Shown: positions 61,471-64,000 of the stretch, one piece after another
Numbering within the stretch: the first letter of the stretch is position 1
Layout: every line of letters begins with the position of its first letter
Source: Torpedo marmorata
Taxonomy: Eukaryota
Direction of reading: 5' to 3'
DNA length: 64,000 bases
Assembly: GCA_977017645.1 (NCBI GenBank)
Contig: OZ360243.1
Span: 44,206,001 to 44,270,000, forward strand
The notes under the pieces: generated by a model
Told to the model about the DNA's origin: nothing
The model's input: the letters and a program-made list of their open reading frames with translations, nothing else
Database searches by the model: none
Program-made: the position numbers and the translations under genes

Positions 61471-63424
61471 CCGTATATTTCGGCGTATAAGTCGACTCGT
61501 GGATAAGTCAACCCCCCTTTTTCAGCCTCATTTTAATGGTTTTATTGTATATCCGGCATATAAGAAGACCCCCAAAAATCGCAATGCCTGAGATGCTGAG
61601 CGTCGACCGGCATATAAGTCGACCCCCAAAAATCGCGATGATTGAGCTGCTGGGCGTTGACCAGCATATAGGTCGACCCCCAAAAATCGCGATGATTGAG
61701 CTGCTGGGCGTTGACCAGCATATAGGTCGACCCACAACGATCGTGCTGATTGAGCTGCTGGGCGTTGGCTGGAGGTGATTGTTATCATGGAGGCTCAATT
61801 GAAACGACGAAAGTATGAGGCGAGTTTTAAATTAAAAGTGATAGAAATGGCCAAGAAAACCAACAACTGTGCTGCTGCAAGAAAATTTGATATATATGAG
61901 AAGTTGGTAAGAGATTGGAGGAAGAAAGAAGATACTTTAAGAAAAATACCAAAAAGGCAATGTTCGATGAGAAGAGGAATCACTCGTTGGCCAGAGTTGG
62001 AAAATCACGTCGCAGCATGGGTACGTGAACAGAGGCAAGATTGCTATATAGTCACCCGAAATAAAATAAGAACATTTGCACTGAAGTGGGCAAAGTTGCA
62101 CCCAGAACTCAGTAAAGATTTTGAAGCTACAGTAGGCTGGTGCAACCGTTTCATGAACAGGAAAAATCTGGTATTATGACAAAAAACAAAAATTGCTCAG
62201 AAACTACCAAAAGATCTTGATCATAAAGTTGTACGTTTTCACCAGTTTATTTTACGTAACGGGCAGAAACACAAGTTTGCATTGGCAAATATTGGAAACA
62301 TGGACGAAACCCCCATGAATTTTGACATGATAGGCAATAGAACAGTGGAATGGAAAGGTGTGAAAACTGTGCAAACCAGGAGTACGGTCCATGAAAGGAC
62401 CAGGTTTACCGTGGTGTTATCGTGCATGGCTGACGGGGCAAAGTTAAGACCCATGGTAATCTTCAAACGTAAATTTAAACCTAAAATAAAATTCCCTGCG
62501 GGTATTTTTGTACATTTTCATGAAAAAGGATGGATGGATGAAAATGGTGTAAAACTATGGATGGACAATGCGTGGAACAGGCGGCCAGGCGGTTTACGCA
62601 AGGAACGGAGTTTGCTGGTCTGGGATATGTTTCGTAGCCACTTAACTGAGAAGACTAAAAGTACATTAGCACAACATAATACTTACATGGCGGTTATCCC
62701 GGGTGGTTTGACGTCTATATTGCAACCTCTCGATGTCTGCTTGAACAAGCCATTCAAAGACTATGTGCATGAAGAGTGGAATACATGGATGTCGAATGCA
62801 GAAAAATCATTTACAAAAGGCGGGACAATGCGTGCTGCATCGCTTGATGTGCTGTGTGACTTCGTGCCCAAGGCATGGGACAAAGTGAAAGTAGAGACTG
62901 TAATAAAATCGTTTAAAAAGTGCAGTATCTCTTGTGCAATTGATGGTACGGAAGATGATTTATTGTGGGACACTGACGATGAAGCTGAAGCCGCCTCATC
63001 AGATACAGACTGGGACCCGTACGATGACTGTTTAAACAGTGAGATCCTGGATGTGCTTGCCGAGATCTTTGCCTCAGACGATGATAGCGAAAGTGATTTT
63101 GAAGGGTTCTAAATGTCTTGTTGTTTTCAATAAAAATGTCAATGAAAATCTGTTGCAGTCAGGTTTTTTTTTGGTTTTTCAAGGGTCGACTTATACGCCG
63201 AATCGGGTTTTCAAGGGTCGACTTATACGCCAAATCGTGTTTTCAAGGGTCGACTTATACGCCGAATCGGGTTTTCAAGGGTCGACTTATACGCCGAATC
63301 GGCGTGGAGTGGTTTTTGAGCTGATTTTAAGGTCTCAAAAGTATATCCGGTGTATAAGTCGACCCCTGTTTTTTGAGAGATTTTTGAGGGTTTCAAGACT
63401 TGACTTATACGCCGAAATATACGG
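61471..63424 (+). mobile_element. pogo-superfamily DD35D (Passer/POGK-like) transposon, copy 2, complete (1954 bp)
   Basis: TIRs CCGTATATTTCGGCGTATAAGTC and GACTTATACGCCGAAATATACGG, TA on both flanks, and subterminal tandem repeats. Confidence 0.95.
61787..63112 (+). pseudogene. DD35D transposase, 441 codons, with a single in-frame TGA (62177-62179)
   Basis: ORFs 61775-62179 and 62282-63112 share a frame with no other stop. All three catalytic Asp are intact. Confidence 0.9.
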
Positions 63425-63559
63425 TAGTTCTGAATTCTGATATACCATAGAATTTATTGACTCACTTACTGTGATTTTATTAGTTAAGAGCATGATAACC
63501 AAAAGAAATATCCACGAAAACTATTATAAAACTGTGGAAGTTGGAAATCTGTTGGCCAA

Positions 63560-63970
63560 TATTGCTGGGAGATTTGAGGACAAGAGTGAAGATGTCTTAT
63601 TGCAATTATATAGGGCCTTGCTAAGACCACACTTGGTTATCTGGACAATTTTGACCACCTAACCTAAAAGAGATACATTTTCTACAGAGGAGTGCAAAAA
63701 ATTCACTGGAATTGTCCTACTGATACTGGATCTGTCAAATGAGGATAAATTGAAATGTAGACAATTCTATGGGGAGATTATAAATTAGACACAGGAAGGA
63801 TGTTTGCCCTGGTTGAAGCTTATAGAATTGGACATTACAGTAAAAAAAAAATTACCAGTAGGTCATTTAGGACTGAACTGAGGAGAAATTTCTTCACATT
63901 GAATCTTCAGAAGTCTCTACACAGGCAGACACAGTCATTGATTTCAATCAAAATAGAGATCAATAGGGAG
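63560..63970 (+). mobile_element. Highly degraded CR1 3' fragment
   Basis: KSEDVLLQLYRALLRPHL and FRTELRRNFFT remnants. Confidence 0.65.
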
Positions 63971-64000
63971 ATTAATAATAATTCACGTGGATGAATTGTA

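Noticed and set aside
61787-63112. Domesticated POGK-like host gene
   Set aside because: Intact TIRs, TA TSD, a second copy in the window and a premature stop mark it as a transposon copy.

Overview
This is eukaryotic, AT-rich vertebrate DNA made up almost entirely of nested transposable elements, with two assembly gaps. An elasmobranch (shark or ray) source is inferred from the HE1/V-SINE-like, Penelope and CR1 repeat types. Contents: three Gypsy-superfamily LTR elements, seven L1-clade LINEs (six with readable 12-17 bp target-site duplications, TSDs), several CR1 and Rex1/Babar-like LINEs, Penelope remnants, tRNA-derived SINEs, two DD35D pogo transposons, a Tigger-like MITE and a Chapaev3-like deletion derivative. 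The LTR elements are a 3' half at 1351-4164, a Gmr1-type element with integrase before RT and most of RT deleted at 42033-54888, and a young near-intact element nested in its 3' LTR at 49937-54475. No host gene can be named, although a few minus-strand exon-like segments hint at a decayed or unrecognised gene. The best lead is the nested Gypsy element. It has no tRNA primer-binding site. In its place is a 14-nt sequence perfectly complementary to its own LTR, a candidate self-priming arrangement, and it also carries an antisense YY1/ETS motif array inside gag-pol. All family names are from motif recognition; no database search was run.
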